DNA of 63,969 nucleotides, counting the filler, from Octopus bimaculoides (Eukaryota), in assembly GCF_001194135.2 (NCBI RefSeq). It is 7 parts of 5 records of this genome, joined end to end, with 100 filler letters (N's around TTAATTAATTAA, not from the genome) between each part and the next. Parts side by side here need not be neighbours in the genome. Positions count along the whole stretch, not along the records: positions 57,726 to 63,969 come from NC_068981.1; 6 more parts are not named here. One strand, given 5' to 3'. The notes under the pieces are model-generated. The model was not told the DNA's origin and ran no database searches. It saw only the letters and a list, made by a program, of their open reading frames with translations. Made by a program: the position numbers and the translations under genes. Shown in pieces: positions 63,244-63,969 of the stretch (positions are counted from its first letter, which is position 1; the number at the start of each line of letters is the position of its first letter).

Positions 63244-63924
63244 ATAAAACTCTGAGTTTCGGATGTCGGGGTGGAAACCCACGCCGCCATCTCTTCAGTT
63301 ATCTGGCCATCAAAAAAAATGCTATGAAAATGACCGTTAAACAAAGGGAATATACAGTGTGATTGACCGTTATTAAGACAAAAGAGCTATTAGAATGACC
63401 ACTAAGTGAGGGGAGGGAGTAAAGGCAAGGGAGTAAAAATGTCCATAGTATTCGCGTAAGCGCACCAGTCCATACATACACATGCGCGCCCGCACACCCA
63501 TGTACATGTGCCTATATGTATATCCTCATCCACCCTCACTTGAAACACACACATGCTCACCCACGGATATGTATGCGGGTATGTATATATTTTTTGGCGA
63601 ACATGTATGTGAGCATGTGTGTGTTTCAAGTGAGGGTGGATGAGGATATACATATAGGCGCATGTTCGTGGGTGTGCGGGCGCGCATGTGTATGTATGGA
63701 CTCGTGCGCTTACGCGAATACTATGGACATTTTTATTCCCTTACCTTTACTCCCTCCTCTTACTTAGCGGTCATTCTAATAGCTCTTTTGCCTTAATAAC
63801 GGTCAACCACACTGTAATTTCCCTTTGCTTAACGGTCATTTTCATAGCATTTTTTCGATGGCCAGATAACTGAAGAGATGGCGGCATGGGTTTCCGCCCC
63901 GGCATCCGAAATTCGGAGCTTTAT
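63244..63924. mobile_element. Long palindrome (~317-bp arms, 48-bp spacer) with an outward-facing hammerhead motif at each end (family 5)
   Basis: Arms 63244-63560 / 63609-63924; agataa-CTGAAGA-GATG...CATC-c-GAAAC-t-cag-a-GT-T-ttattt (minus, 63242-63304) and a degenerate twin (plus, 63865-63925). Confidence 0.88.
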
Positions 63925-63969
63925 CATGGCTACCGAATAATTGTCACATATTATTTACATATATATATG

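Noticed and set aside
1-63969. CRISPR arrays or prokaryotic systems
   Set aside because: No regularly spaced repeat-spacer array or operon-like gene packing; the sequence is eukaryotic repeat-rich DNA

Overview
Repeat-saturated, AT-rich animal genomic DNA, roughly 10% N-gaps. Six gaps are artificial 100-bp joins (44 N + TTAATTAATTAA + 44 N). The SINE and microsatellite repertoire suggests Octopus (inference from recalled repeat families, not verified). No host gene can be called with confidence; the long ORFs in the track are microsatellite or gap artefacts, or transposon debris. Supported content: (i) several tRNA-derived SINE families in many copies; (ii) decayed non-LTR retrotransposons (R4/Dong-type restriction-like endonuclease, Tx1/L1-type, RTE, Penelope-like GIY-YIG); (iii) mariner, Tc1 and hAT transposase relics plus piggyBac-, hAT- and CACTG-ended MITEs; (iv) a 5S rRNA pseudogene; (v) a ~94-bp minisatellite with higher-order structure. 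The most notable signal is a recurring architecture. At least five sequence-unrelated short non-coding elements carry minimal type-I hammerhead-ribozyme motifs (CUGANGA...GAAA...NUH) near their 3' ends, and most occur as tail-outward inverted pairs (3499-4010, 23639-23854, 48995-49096, 55207-56937, 63244-63924; a fifth family at 16950/39720; a possible sixth at 36318-36573). One has a tRNA-like Pol III head between the arms and a perfect 14-bp target-site duplication, making it a candidate Penelope-mobilised, ribozyme-bearing SINE. All alignments and folds were done by eye.
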